Positions 44,177-53,733 of a stretch of DNA of 64,000 nt are shown piece by piece. The DNA lies in NCBI GenBank assembly GCA_021775455.1, contig JAJFHU010000038.1, forward strand, positions 17,315 to 81,314, read 5' to 3'. Each line of letters starts with the position of its first letter. Position 1 is the first letter of the stretch. Source of the stretch: Hyphomicrobiales bacterium (GTDB lineage: Bacteria; Pseudomonadota; Alphaproteobacteria; Rhizobiales; Rhizobiaceae). Below the pieces are notes generated by a model. That model made no database searches. It saw only the letters and a program-made list of their open reading frames with translations, and had not been told where the DNA came from. The translations under genes were made by a program, and so were the position numbers.

Positions 44177-45211
44177 CTACCGCTCATAAGATTTCGCCCG
44201 TGCTTCCCGGCGACTGTTAATCCTGTTCACCAGCCCGCGTGCCTTGTTTGCAATCCAGCGACCACCCTGCTTTACCTTGCTGACCACGCGATCTACCGGC
44301 CGCTCTTCTACTGAAGCTGTGGTCGTTGGATCTATCGGTTGGATAACCTGCGGCTGTTGAACCTGAACAGTGCCTTGCGGGTACTGAGACTGCACAGAAG
44401 GAAGCGCGATCGGTTCCATACCTGTGGCGGCATTGCTGGCCCCTGCTACAACAACCTGAACGGGTTGCTGGACTGGCTGTACATTTGTCTGCGCAGTAGT
44501 TATCGGTTGGATCGCATATTGCTCCGGCTCGATTGGCGGCAATTGTGTTGATTGGGCCTGCGGCGTGGATAACGTATAACCACTATCCAGCGGCACTGTA
44601 TTTTGAACCATCAGCGTTTCGGTATCTGGAGATTGCTGTTGCTCGGATTCATGTATTTTGCGCAGCGCACCCAACATTCCTTCGCGCACCTTCCTGGAAT
44701 CATCCAGTGTGGTGTGAATCTGCCCAAACACATGAATATTGTGGGCATTCGGGTGCGTGTCTGCGTTAGTCAATCGGCCGTACACAGGATAGATGCTATA
44801 ATAATTTTCCGCCCACTCAACATTGTCTCCCGCAACGCCAACCGGACCGGGAATATCAATCAAACCAAGGTATGCAACACGGATACCTTCTTCCCGCATC
44901 TGGCGAGCCATGGATAATGAAGCAAGTGCACCCATTGAATGACCAATGAATGCAACGCTTTCCGGTTTGCGCTGGCGAATATCCCGCAAGGCGTCTCCCG
45001 TAGCGCCAAAGCGACGAACCTTGGCATGTATGCCATCGGAATTCAGCTGGTCGGCGATACGATCCAGCCCGCGAGAAAAGTGCAGGTTTTCATTGACGAA
45101 AGAAAAATCGCCTGCACCCTTGAATAGGTAAACCTCAACGGCATGGGCCGGGTTCAACATGGCGGTGGACACCGCCAGAGCAGCGGTGAATGGGAGGATT
45201 ACGCGATACAT
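44177..45211 (-). CDS. Secreted alpha/beta-hydrolase (lipase/esterase-like) with a Q/P-rich linker and a basic C-terminal tail
   Basis: Signal peptide ending AHA-VE, a nucleophile elbow GHSMGA, then a long Q/P/V-rich low-complexity region. Confidence 0.7.
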   Translation of the reverse strand: MYRVILPFTAALAVSTAMLNPAHAVEVYLFKGAGDFSFVNENLHFSRGLDRIADQLNSDGIHAKVRRFGATGDALRDIRQRKPESVAFIGHSMGALASLSMARQMREEGIRVAYLGLIDIPGPVGVAGDNVEWAENYYSIYPVYGRLTNADTHPNAHNIHVFGQIHTTLDDSRKVREGMLGALRKIHESEQQQSPDTETLMVQNTVPLDSGYTLSTPQAQSTQLPPIEPEQYAIQPITTAQTNVQPVQQPVQVVVAGASNAATGMEPIALPSVQSQYPQGTVQVQQPQVIQPIDPTTTASVEERPVDRVVSKVKQGGRWIANKARGLVNRINSRREARAKSYER

Positions 45212-45429
45212 ACTACCCTCATTATTTACTCAGGGTTGAAATATCCCCGATATACAAATCTGCGGCATCCTGAATTATTGTATTTCAGCACAATTCAGTC
45301 CGTTAAGACTCTATTATGGTTGGCAAAGGGTTTACGAAGGGTTGAAAAATTGAAATATGCAGGAATCGGGTGGAATGGCCGCTCTCCAGGCACTACTTTT
45401 GGCGATCTGATCAAGAAAAGAAAACCTCA

Positions 45430-46356
45430 ATGAACACCCAATCCTCCACATCAATGTCCACCAAAGATTGGCTGATGGTCATTACACTTGCTGCAATCTG
45501 GGGCGGCTCGTTCTTGTTGGGCCGGGTTCTCATGCTTGAGTGGCCGCCGCTGACCACAGCATTTCTCAGGGTATTCCTCGCAGCAATTGCACTTTGGATA
45601 TTCCTTGCAGCAACACGGCGAAAATTTCCATTGGAAGGTGGGTTTATTGTGGCCATTGTCATTATGGGCCTGGTGAACAACGCAATCCCGTTTTCGCTGA
45701 TCCTCATCGGCCAGCAGGAAATCGGATCCAGCCTTGCTTCCGTGGTAAATGCGATGACCCCCATTTGGACGCTTGTCATCGCCAATTTCTTCACGACCGA
45801 TGAAAAATTCAGCGCCAACAAAATACTGGGAATTGTATTTGGCTTTGCCGGTGTTACCACAATGATGGGGGCTGACATTCTCAATGGATTGGCCGCATCC
45901 GCTTGGGCACAGGCAGCGGTTTTGGGCGCGACGATCAGTTATGGAGTAGCCGGTGTTTTCGGCAAACGGTTTCGTGGTCGTGATCCAGTGGTTGTCTCAA
46001 CTGGTCAACTAACAGCTTCAAGCGTTTTAATGCTGCCCGTAATCTTGATGATGGAAAACCCGTTTTCCATCCAGTTGTCAGGTTTCACAAACGTTCTGTC
46101 GATCCTGGCATTGGCTGTAGTGTGCACATCCTTTGCTTACATCTTGTTTTTCAAGGTTTTGGCAAGCGCTGGTGCAGTAAATCTCTCTTTGGTGACTTTC
46201 CTGGTTCCAGTCACCGCCATTTTGTTGGGAATCCTGCTACTGGGCGAAACCCTGACAGGAAGTCAGTTAACAGGAATATCATTAATCGCAATGGGATTGA
46301 CGCTGATTGATGGGCGATTTCACCGCCACATTCTGGCCCGATTCAATACAAAATGA
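45430..46356 (+). CDS. DMT-superfamily (EamA-type) transporter
   Basis: About ten hydrophobic helices in two EamA-like halves (AAIWGGSF...). The start is trimmed to the ATG at 45430. Confidence 0.85.
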   Translation: MNTQSSTSMSTKDWLMVITLAAIWGGSFLLGRVLMLEWPPLTTAFLRVFLAAIALWIFLAATRRKFPLEGGFIVAIVIMGLVNNAIPFSLILIGQQEIGSSLASVVNAMTPIWTLVIANFFTTDEKFSANKILGIVFGFAGVTTMMGADILNGLAASAWAQAAVLGATISYGVAGVFGKRFRGRDPVVVSTGQLTASSVLMLPVILMMENPFSIQLSGFTNVLSILALAVVCTSFAYILFFKVLASAGAVNLSLVTFLVPVTAILLGILLLGETLTGSQLTGISLIAMGLTLIDGRFHRHILARFNTK

Positions 46357-46541
46357 CCCCGATACACACTAACTGGAAAATTATTTCACTTTCATTTCGC
46401 TTGCCAAACAGTCTTTAAAAACCGGGGGCTCTGGTGAGTATTCGCAGAAGCTATCAACAGTTCAGGCAACGTGTTTGTGTCATTGCTCTTGCCAGAAGCG
46501 CCAAAGCCTTTAGACTTTTGGCTAATATGAAGGAGGGTCAA

Positions 46542-46628
46542 ATGGAACTTGCAAACAAGGCCAACCTGGCCGTTGTCTGTGTGGCATTTGTCTTCGTTGC
46601 CGCAATTGTAATTGGGTGGATCGGCTAA
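46542..46628 (+). CDS. Candidate 28-aa single-pass membrane microprotein
   Basis: An AAGGAGG Shine-Dalgarno sequence lies 6 nt upstream of the ATG. The product is MELANKANLAVVCVAFVFVAAIVIGWIG, and a terminator hairpin lies about 25 nt downstream. Confidence 0.4.
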   Translation: MELANKANLAVVCVAFVFVAAIVIGWIG

Positions 46629-46650
46629 CAGACACTACACATCCAACATA

Positions 46651-46686
46651 ATCCCGGCCAATAGAGGTCGGGATTTTCTGTATTTA
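46651..46686 (+). terminator. Rho-independent terminator after the microprotein ORF
   Basis: Stem atcccggcc / ggtcgggat (9 bp including one G-T pair), followed by TTTTCTGTATTT. Confidence 0.55.
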
Positions 46687-46698
46687 AGCCCGTTACTG

Positions 46699-47667
46699 CT
46701 AATTTTCCCGCTTGTCTTTGGCCAACCACAAACAGACCGTAAGTTTTTCAGAGTCATTGTTTTCGGGCTCCAGCTTGGCAGTTTTCACCACTTCGAGATT
46801 GGCAGCCTCCAGCCATTCCCGCATTTGTTGATCTGAAAAGCCCAATCGCACATGCGCATGATCTACCTGAAGAAACTCCAGCTCATGAGGAGCAAAGTCT
46901 GCAATCAACAAACGTCCACCCGGTGAAAGTGCCTTGGCGGATTCTCGTATCGCGCCAGCCGGATCATCAAGATAATGAAGAACTTGGTGAATTGTAATCA
47001 GATCAATCGAATTGGGCTGAACCGGCAAATGATACATATCACCTTGTCGTGTCTGAACACGTGAAAGATTGGCTTTATCAAGGCTTGAACGGGCAATCGA
47101 GAGCATGTCGCGGCTGGCATCAAGGCCAATACCTTTTTCAAAGAGGTGCGAAAAAAGTTCAAGAACGCGGCCCGTTCCAGTTCCCAGGTCAAGCATCACG
47201 GATATCTTGGCGTCACCAACCAATTCCAGCATGGAGGCTTCCACTCGTTTTTCATCAATATGCAGGGAACGAATTTGATTCCAGGCAGCGGCATTTTGTG
47301 AAAAATATTCCAAAGCCCTTTGTGATCGCTTTTCCCGCACAACTTCCAGACGCTCGCGATCACGCGCTACTTGCGGATCATCCGAATTGATCTGCTTAAC
47401 GAGAGAAGTAATAAATCCACTGCCGTATCCCTGATCTGTTAAACGGTAAAACGCCCAGGCACCTTCCTGATAACGTTCCAGTAAACCGGCTTCACTCAAG
47501 AGCTTCAGGTGGCGGGATATTCGCGGCTGGGACTGTCCCAAAATTTCGATCAAGTCCGAGACCGTCAAATCGCCCTCGGCCAGCAACGCCAAAAGACGCA
47601 ACCGGGTTGGCTCTCCGGCAGCTCGCAGTAGATTGACCATTTGATCGAGTGTTAACAATTGCGACAA
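46699..47667 (-). CDS. ArsR/SmtB-family HTH regulator fused to a class-I SAM-dependent methyltransferase
   Basis: N-terminal LLRAAGEPTRLRLLALLAEGDLTVSDL...SQPRISRHLKLL (ArsR wHTH), and C-terminal VMLDLGTGTGRVL (SAM motif I). The track start is TTG; an alternative ATG is at 47643. Confidence 0.85.
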   Translation of the reverse strand: MSQLLTLDQMVNLLRAAGEPTRLRLLALLAEGDLTVSDLIEILGQSQPRISRHLKLLSEAGLLERYQEGAWAFYRLTDQGYGSGFITSLVKQINSDDPQVARDRERLEVVREKRSQRALEYFSQNAAAWNQIRSLHIDEKRVEASMLELVGDAKISVMLDLGTGTGRVLELFSHLFEKGIGLDASRDMLSIARSSLDKANLSRVQTRQGDMYHLPVQPNSIDLITIHQVLHYLDDPAGAIRESAKALSPGGRLLIADFAPHELEFLQVDHAHVRLGFSDQQMREWLEAANLEVVKTAKLEPENNDSEKLTVCLWLAKDKREN

Positions 47668-47687
47668 GGCTGCCCCGCCCGTGATTT

Positions 47688-47707
47688 ATATAAACATATG
47701 CTTATAT
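47688..47707. promoter_or_regulatory. Near-perfect 20-bp palindrome upstream of the ArsR-methyltransferase gene (candidate autoregulatory operator)
   Basis: atataaacat|atgcttatat is self-complementary at 18 of 20 positions. It lies about 20 nt upstream of the start codon. Confidence 0.35.
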
Positions 47708-47781
47708 TTGATGGAGATAATTTACAAGCCTGGACCTTGGCGATGGTTAAAGCTCCAGGGCTAAGAATCCGCTTGTAGTTA

Positions 47782-48927
47782 CTATCGCAGAACATCGGCA
47801 GCCGCAGCATAGCCTCCGCCTGCACCATCCAGAAAATGATAATGGGTATCCGTTTCAACCGATGGCACATAACAAGTGAGCAGAGCCTTGTCCTGTTCGC
47901 TTAATCCATAATGAATTCGGCCCGCCTCGCGCTGTTTTTCAAGATAGGTTTTCAGGGTAGAAACTGTATCCGGGGCAACACACACAGTCATGCGAATTCC
48001 ATCCTGTATTTTTCGGTAATCCGTATTCAGGCCCGTGAATCGGCGATAATGTTCCGGGTTGAAATTACCAATCGACATTCCGGTCTTGAACAAGAACCAG
48101 ACAAACAGTCTGAACGGGATGAGCCGCAATTTTTCCATCAGCAATGAATTGCCACTTCTGGTCACCCGGGCTTCCAGATCCAGACCTGCTGTTGGTGATG
48201 GAACTCGCGGACCGTCATTCGGGATCGGATGCCCACCGGCATTGTCCTTCGATACAAGCTTCAGGATGTTTTTGACAATAGTACCATTTACCCTTGTCTC
48301 ATTCTTCGGTGGCTCCACAATCAAGGAGACAATCAAATTGCCTTGCTGTTCCACGGGCATCCAGCGGCAGGACAATCCATTAAGGTCCGGATGCTTCCCC
48401 GGACCTGCTCTTTTGACGCGATACTTTCCTTTCTTCATCAGCTTCTCGGCCAGCCCAACTCCCCCGCCAATGAAAGCGAAGTTGACGACGGCCGATGAAA
48501 CGCTGACGGCAGATACCAGCACATCACTGCCTTGTTTGCGAATTTCCGTGACTGGAACCAGTGCGGCTCTGAGTTCCAATCCGAGTTCATCGGCAACCCA
48601 GCCAATTGTCTTGGCCAGCACTTCTTCAACCAATTCCTGAGCATCCGAAGCACATGCCAACGCTGCTCCATCTCCACCAAAAATATAGGGAACATCCTGA
48701 TGTCCAATCGCATTCATGATTGCCGATATCATCGCAACACCCGCCATGTTCACCGCTTTGTACTGACCGGATTGGATAGCTTCACGTGACTTGACCACAT
48801 CGGTCACCGCCACAAACCAGTTCTGCGGCAAAGGCTTGTAGTTTTTCGCCGGAAGCGCTTCATCAAAATTTTTCAAGATTGGTAATTTGTGAACAAACTT
48901 GGCAGTCCGGTCTTCCGAAACATTCAT
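47782..48927 (-). CDS. DUF3095-family protein (nucleotidyl-cyclase-like, uncharacterised)
   Basis: The segment LP.NWFVAVTDVV.S..AI..G.YK.VNMAG...I.A..NA......PY.FGGDGA matches my recollection of DUF3095. The start is trimmed to MNVSEDR (alternative 48960), because the track start overlaps the divergent gene. Confidence 0.65.
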   Translation of the reverse strand: MNVSEDRTAKFVHKLPILKNFDEALPAKNYKPLPQNWFVAVTDVVKSREAIQSGQYKAVNMAGVAMISAIMNAIGHQDVPYIFGGDGAALACASDAQELVEEVLAKTIGWVADELGLELRAALVPVTEIRKQGSDVLVSAVSVSSAVVNFAFIGGGVGLAEKLMKKGKYRVKRAGPGKHPDLNGLSCRWMPVEQQGNLIVSLIVEPPKNETRVNGTIVKNILKLVSKDNAGGHPIPNDGPRVPSPTAGLDLEARVTRSGNSLLMEKLRLIPFRLFVWFLFKTGMSIGNFNPEHYRRFTGLNTDYRKIQDGIRMTVCVAPDTVSTLKTYLEKQREAGRIHYGLSEQDKALLTCYVPSVETDTHYHFLDGAGGGYAAAADVLR

Positions 48928-49035
48928 AAAGATGTCATCCCCTCTTGGGCACTGGTTCATTTCAAAGGCATATAGGGCACTCCAGACGTGAAGAAAACAA
49001 GTCGGCAAAAAGAAATAAAGAGAAGAATCAGGGAA

Positions 49036-49293
49036 ATGGTTCCTCTGGCTCCACTTGCCGATTTTTCCGCCATTGAAACCGCCGCAATTGCCGGCCATCT
49101 CAGGCACTTGCCGCCATCAATTGCGGTTTGGCAATCGATCACCAGTCGGGTTCGTCATGCGCATACGGATTACGATGCGCTTTTGGCCGAAGGATATGAT
49201 CAGGAATCGGCGCGGCATTTCCTGCTTGGGGAAATGAACTCAAAGCTTGCCGAATGGGGTTGTTCACAACAAATCGAGATGGATGAAAACTGA
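49036..49293 (+). CDS. DUF2293-like small protein
   Basis: The segment SRVRHAHTDYDALLAEGYDQESARHFL...KLAEWG resembles the DUF2293 pattern (RH..T.YD.LL..G..R..AR). It is divergent from the DUF3095 gene, and the start is uncertain (48988 or 49036). Confidence 0.5.
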   Translation: MVPLAPLADFSAIETAAIAGHLRHLPPSIAVWQSITSRVRHAHTDYDALLAEGYDQESARHFLLGEMNSKLAEWGCSQQIEMDEN

Positions 49294-49365
49294 ACACCTG
49301 CCACGATCAGAAGGTAGTCATTTTTTGGGCTCTGCGTTAGGGTTGTCCGCAAGACCAAAGACTCC

Positions 49366-50127
49366 ATGGATAAAAACATGCCTAATCCAAAAACTGTCCT
49401 TGTAACCGGTGCCGGAACCGGTGTTGGCCGGGCAACAGCACTCAGGTTTCTGAATGAAGGTTATATTGTTTTTCTGTCCGGCAGACGGCGCGAACCGCTG
49501 GAAGAAACTGCCGGAATGGGAAAGGATGGCAGGGCATTTGTGATCCCTTGCGATGTTACCCAGGAAAAAAATGTGTTGGACCTCTATAAAACAATCAATG
49601 ATGAATGCGGTCGCCTGGATGTACTTTTCAACAATGCCGGCGGCACCATAAGCGGTCGGATGATTGATGAAATTTCACTTGAAGAATGGCAACAGGTTCT
49701 GGACGTGAATTTGACCGGCGCATTTCTGTGCGCTCGCGAAGCGTTCAAACTAATGAGGAACCAGGCGCCAATGGGCGGTCGCATCATCAACAATGGATCC
49801 ATATCAGCCCATGCTCCACGTCCGGGCTCTGTTCCTTACACCACAACAAAACATGCGATTACCGGCTTAACGAAAACCCTTTCGCTGGATGGCCGACCTT
49901 ACGACATTGCCTGCGGGCAAATAGACATTGGAAACGCCGCCACTCCACTTACTGCAAAATTTCCCGACGGCGTTCTCCAGGCAAACGGAGAAATCGCTGC
50001 TGAACCAGTCATGGATGTGAACCTGATTGCCGATGCTGTTTACAACATGGCCGATTTACCGCTGGAAGCAAACGTCCAGTTCATGACCATCATGGCTACC
50101 AAAATGCCATTTGTAGGTAGAGGTTGA
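49366..50127 (+). CDS. Short-chain dehydrogenase/reductase (SDR)
   Basis: TGAGTGVGRA cofactor motif, NNAG, and a Y...K catalytic pair (YTTTKHA). Confidence 0.9.
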   Translation: MDKNMPNPKTVLVTGAGTGVGRATALRFLNEGYIVFLSGRRREPLEETAGMGKDGRAFVIPCDVTQEKNVLDLYKTINDECGRLDVLFNNAGGTISGRMIDEISLEEWQQVLDVNLTGAFLCAREAFKLMRNQAPMGGRIINNGSISAHAPRPGSVPYTTTKHAITGLTKTLSLDGRPYDIACGQIDIGNAATPLTAKFPDGVLQANGEIAAEPVMDVNLIADAVYNMADLPLEANVQFMTIMATKMPFVGRG

Positions 50128-50162
50128 GCGTCGCCTGAAAAGGATTGGCTTAGTGGTTGCTA

Positions 50163-50756
50163 TCAATAAATCCATTGCTGCCAAATCCGTGCAACAAAAT
50201 TTTCACCTGCTTTGATTTCCCCCTCACGCTCCACCCAGGCAACTATGCCTCTTTTCATTTCAGCAGCTTTGACAAATTCAAATGCCTCATCCGTTTTCCG
50301 GAAGTCATTCGCTTCAACACCTATGTTCTTTGCAATGGCGCCCCCGGCGTCGGTACAAGGTGCGTTATAACCATCAACTCGCAAGGTTACCCCGCCTTCA
50401 AACATCAAAAGTGTACGCGGCGGCAAGAAACTGAGTTGGGGGATTCCACTGAATACCAGATTTGCCCCAATCCAACCCGGGTCCACAATCTCCAGGCTCA
50501 TAGCATGAGCGATTTCGGACAATTCTTCTTCGCTCAATATGGAGAGTTGTCGTTCGTTACGCATTTCAGTGCCGCGTGGATACCACGGTTCTCGCGCGCC
50601 AGAATCCCGTGTGAGCCCTGAATGATAATCTCCCACAATCCCGTCATAAGTGACAGACAAACTGCTGGCCTTTGCCGATATGAAATTATCACCTCCTGCA
50701 TGCAGGACGCGAGATACAACTCCTTCAAGTTTCTTTGCAGGTTCAATTTTCATCAT
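50163..50756 (-). CDS. MOSC domain-containing protein
   Basis: GIVGDYH, PGWIGANLVFSG and L.V.GYNAPC match the MOSC beta-barrel with its conserved Cys. The start is trimmed to MMKIEP, which is preceded by AAGGAA. Confidence 0.75.
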   Translation of the reverse strand: MMKIEPAKKLEGVVSRVLHAGGDNFISAKASSLSVTYDGIVGDYHSGLTRDSGAREPWYPRGTEMRNERQLSILSEEELSEIAHAMSLEIVDPGWIGANLVFSGIPQLSFLPPRTLLMFEGGVTLRVDGYNAPCTDAGGAIAKNIGVEANDFRKTDEAFEFVKAAEMKRGIVAWVEREGEIKAGENFVARIWQQWIY

Positions 50757-50842
50757 GTTTCCTTGAGTGCTTTCCAATTGGGCATCGCTTGAACCAGCAA
50801 TCATTGCCGGATATCGTCACAACAAACTTTACAGGAAACCAC

Positions 50843-51415
50843 ATGACTGAAAAACCCATTGTCGCGCTGGACATGCCAGAAAAAGAAGAGCCACTAACAG
50901 ATCGCCAGAAAAAGTATCTTGATGTGTGCGTGGAAAAACTTGGTTTCATTCCAAATGTGCTGAAAGCGTATGCTTGGCATTCCACCAAGTTCGAAGCTTT
51001 CACTTCCATGTACAACGATTTGATGCTGGGCGATTCCGGCTTGTCCAAACTCGAACGCGAAATGATTGCAGTCACCGTTTCTTCAGCCAATCACTGCTAT
51101 TATTGCTTGACTGCACACGGTGCTGCGGTGCGTCAGCTTTCCGGTGATCCCAAGCTTGGTGAGCAGTTGGTCATGAATTATCGTACCGCAGAGCTGGAAC
51201 CCAAACAACGAGCAATGCTCGATTTTGCGTGGCGGTTAACCAAAGAACCCGAAGCGATAGATGAACCCGATCGTCAGGCGCTACGTGATGCAGATTGGTC
51301 TGATCGTGAAATCTGGGACATTGCGGCAGTTGCTGCCTTCTTCAACATGTCAAACCGGATAAGTGCTGCCACTGACAAACAGCCCAACGATGAGTATCAT
51401 TCGATGGCACGTTGA
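50843..51415 (+). CDS. AhpD-like peroxidase-related enzyme (carboxymuconolactone decarboxylase family)
   Basis: The CYYCLTAHG (CxxC..H) motif is typical of the AhpD-like fold. The start is trimmed to MTEKPIV. Confidence 0.85.
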   Translation: MTEKPIVALDMPEKEEPLTDRQKKYLDVCVEKLGFIPNVLKAYAWHSTKFEAFTSMYNDLMLGDSGLSKLEREMIAVTVSSANHCYYCLTAHGAAVRQLSGDPKLGEQLVMNYRTAELEPKQRAMLDFAWRLTKEPEAIDEPDRQALRDADWSDREIWDIAAVAAFFNMSNRISAATDKQPNDEYHSMAR

Positions 51416-51430
51416 ATGCGGATTTTCCGA

Positions 51431-52465
51431 TTATCGGCTACCCGTAATTGATTCAACCTCGGCTTGAACAGCCTCGCGTCGATCCGTATTGCCCGGATGT
51501 GTTGATAGCCAGCCTGTTTTGTCATTCTCACCGACCGTGCCCAATATCCGGTCCAGTAGATCCACGAATGCAACCGGGTCCCGGTCTGCGGCAATCATCA
51601 TTGATACACTGTGGCGATCAGCTTCAGATTCGAATTCCCTTGTGTATGAAAGATTGTCCACTGCGACAGCCTGAGCGACAATGTCTTCGACAATCTGGCC
51701 GCTGTCACCGCCAACGACAGACAACATGAATGCCACACCCAGAACACGGTAAATCTGTTTCAGGGAATGCCGATACTCCACATGGCCGATTTCATGGGCA
51801 AGCACTCCTGCAACTTCATCATCACTTTTGGCAAGTGCGACCAACTGATCTGTCAGAATAATTGCACCACCGGGAAGCGCAATGGCATTGGCACCAATAC
51901 GGCCACCATCCCGAAAGTAAAGATTAAGTGGTGGATTTGCTTGCCCGGAAATTTTGACAAGTTCATCAAAAATTACCGACAATTCCTGCTTGCGTTGGGC
52001 TTCCAGTTTGCTTTCTGAGAAAAACACCCGATCCACCGTATCCAATGCGCCATTGTCAATCAGGGTTATAACCGCTGGCGGCGTCACGTTGGCGGCAGCT
52101 GTGGCGAGCAATGGCAAGCCGTATCGGTAAAGTCCAACCAACAAGACAACAGACGCAATTGCTGCAATAATCACAAACTTGAGTGACCCTTCCAAACGCG
52201 TCAACCGGCCGAAAAAACTGTTTCCTGTGTCAAACAGCAGATCAACTGCATCATTGTCAGCACATTCGAATACGCTTCCATCATGAAAATTGATTTTTCG
52301 AGCGACCGAACCCAGTCGGTCGCTAGCCTCTACAAACGTCACTCTTTTTGATTTGCCATCCTCGAGTTCAAGCAGCATCGGTCCGTCAGGGGATCTGGAC
52401 AGAGTTGCCGATACGCTGCCCGACGATCCCTGAGCGAAATAGCGACCTTCCAGTTTATCCGGCAC
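51431..52465 (-). CDS. M48-family zinc metallopeptidase with an N-terminal extension and a membrane segment
   Basis: HEIGHVEYRH (HExxH) motif, a downstream E...ADR, and a transmembrane helix (FVIIAAIASVVLLVGLY). Confidence 0.85.
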   Translation of the reverse strand: MPDKLEGRYFAQGSSGSVSATLSRSPDGPMLLELEDGKSKRVTFVEASDRLGSVARKINFHDGSVFECADNDAVDLLFDTGNSFFGRLTRLEGSLKFVIIAAIASVVLLVGLYRYGLPLLATAAANVTPPAVITLIDNGALDTVDRVFFSESKLEAQRKQELSVIFDELVKISGQANPPLNLYFRDGGRIGANAIALPGGAIILTDQLVALAKSDDEVAGVLAHEIGHVEYRHSLKQIYRVLGVAFMLSVVGGDSGQIVEDIVAQAVAVDNLSYTREFESEADRHSVSMMIAADRDPVAFVDLLDRILGTVGENDKTGWLSTHPGNTDRREAVQAEVESITGSR

Positions 52466-52499
52466 GTTCAGCTACATCCCTTCACAAAATGCATCCCGG

Positions 52500-53600
52500 T
52501 TACAGTCCAAAATCGATGCCCTCGATATCAAGGAATTCCGCAGCAGCCACATTGCCTTCTCGCTGGCTTGCAGCAGCAAATGTATCCAGCGGGCCTGCAG
52601 CGAGGAAGCTGGTTTGATTCGCAAGATAACGCCATGTGCGAATAGAAGCCCAAGGCCGCAGCAGGCCTATTGTGAGTATTACCGCGAAGAAATTGGAAAT
52701 CAAAATCCAGAAATATTTCAAACGCGAAACCGTCGATTCAAATCCATGAACCTTATCAAGCCTGGTTGCATTATAAGCGATGTTGCGCACACCTGCACGG
52801 TAGAAGAGGTAGGAAAAGAAAAGCGTAATGTAAAAGGGCACTACGGCGGCAATCCCGATCGCCACCAGCACCGGGTCTCGCTCATTTGCCAGGTCAGCCT
52901 GCCCCAGCAATCCATTAATGTTTCCGCCGCTATAGAGGAGGAAGATCACACCAGCCACTGCAAACACGACCACCGACATGGCAATCACAAACAAAATGGT
53001 CACACCAAGGTTCTTGTACAATTTGCCAAGTGGTGCATCTGTTTCAAATTCAGCTGACCCGTAGCGTAAATTGTTGCCGATGTAGTTGCTGCTCAGTTTG
53101 GAACCGACCGGCGCCAATAATCCACCAGTCAGCATGACGAGTATCGGCATCAGAACAAACACTCCCAACGAGGACATATACCTCCCGGCAAATCCCAGTC
53201 GCACGTTCCTGTAACTTGTCATGCGCGCGTTGAAGTTGATCGCCTTGTTGATGATCCAGGGTATTGCAATCAGATAAGGACCTAAGAGAACTAAAGCGCC
53301 GAGCGGATAAAACGTGCTGAGTACGTTGAACAGGATCAGAAACCCCACAACAATTATTCGGCCAATCAAAATCTGAACCGGCCTGGCGTGATATTCAAAA
53401 TTATGTCCGTCCAGAAACGTGTTGCCATAGAAGTAACGTAACCGCCGCACTTTTGCCCACGCGGTGTAAATCCCCAGCGTGATGATGCTGAGCAACAGGT
53501 TTACAATCCAGATTCCGAAATACTCGACTGCCGTACCCTTGAACGTAAATGGTAATCGGGTAAGAGCAACTTGTGGGGTTTCGGCAGTTCCAACGGTCAT
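52500..53600 (-). CDS. DUF898 (YjgN-like) inner-membrane protein
   Basis: The N-terminus F.F.G...EYFGIW..N.LL.I.TLGIY..WAKVR..RY is the DUF898 signature. There are multiple transmembrane helices. Confidence 0.8.
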   Translation of the reverse strand: MTVGTAETPQVALTRLPFTFKGTAVEYFGIWIVNLLLSIITLGIYTAWAKVRRLRYFYGNTFLDGHNFEYHARPVQILIGRIIVVGFLILFNVLSTFYPLGALVLLGPYLIAIPWIINKAINFNARMTSYRNVRLGFAGRYMSSLGVFVLMPILVMLTGGLLAPVGSKLSSNYIGNNLRYGSAEFETDAPLGKLYKNLGVTILFVIAMSVVVFAVAGVIFLLYSGGNINGLLGQADLANERDPVLVAIGIAAVVPFYITLFFSYLFYRAGVRNIAYNATRLDKVHGFESTVSRLKYFWILISNFFAVILTIGLLRPWASIRTWRYLANQTSFLAAGPLDTFAAASQREGNVAAAEFLDIEGIDFGL

Positions 53601-53733
53601 GGTGAGATTTGCTTTCTGCTTTGAAGGTTATCAAATCTGATCCGCCAATGTGTGAAAGGTTACCGGATGATATGCAAGCTTGAAGATGGATAATCCAAGG
53701 CAAATAAATTCGCCCAAGACGCATTGATTCACA

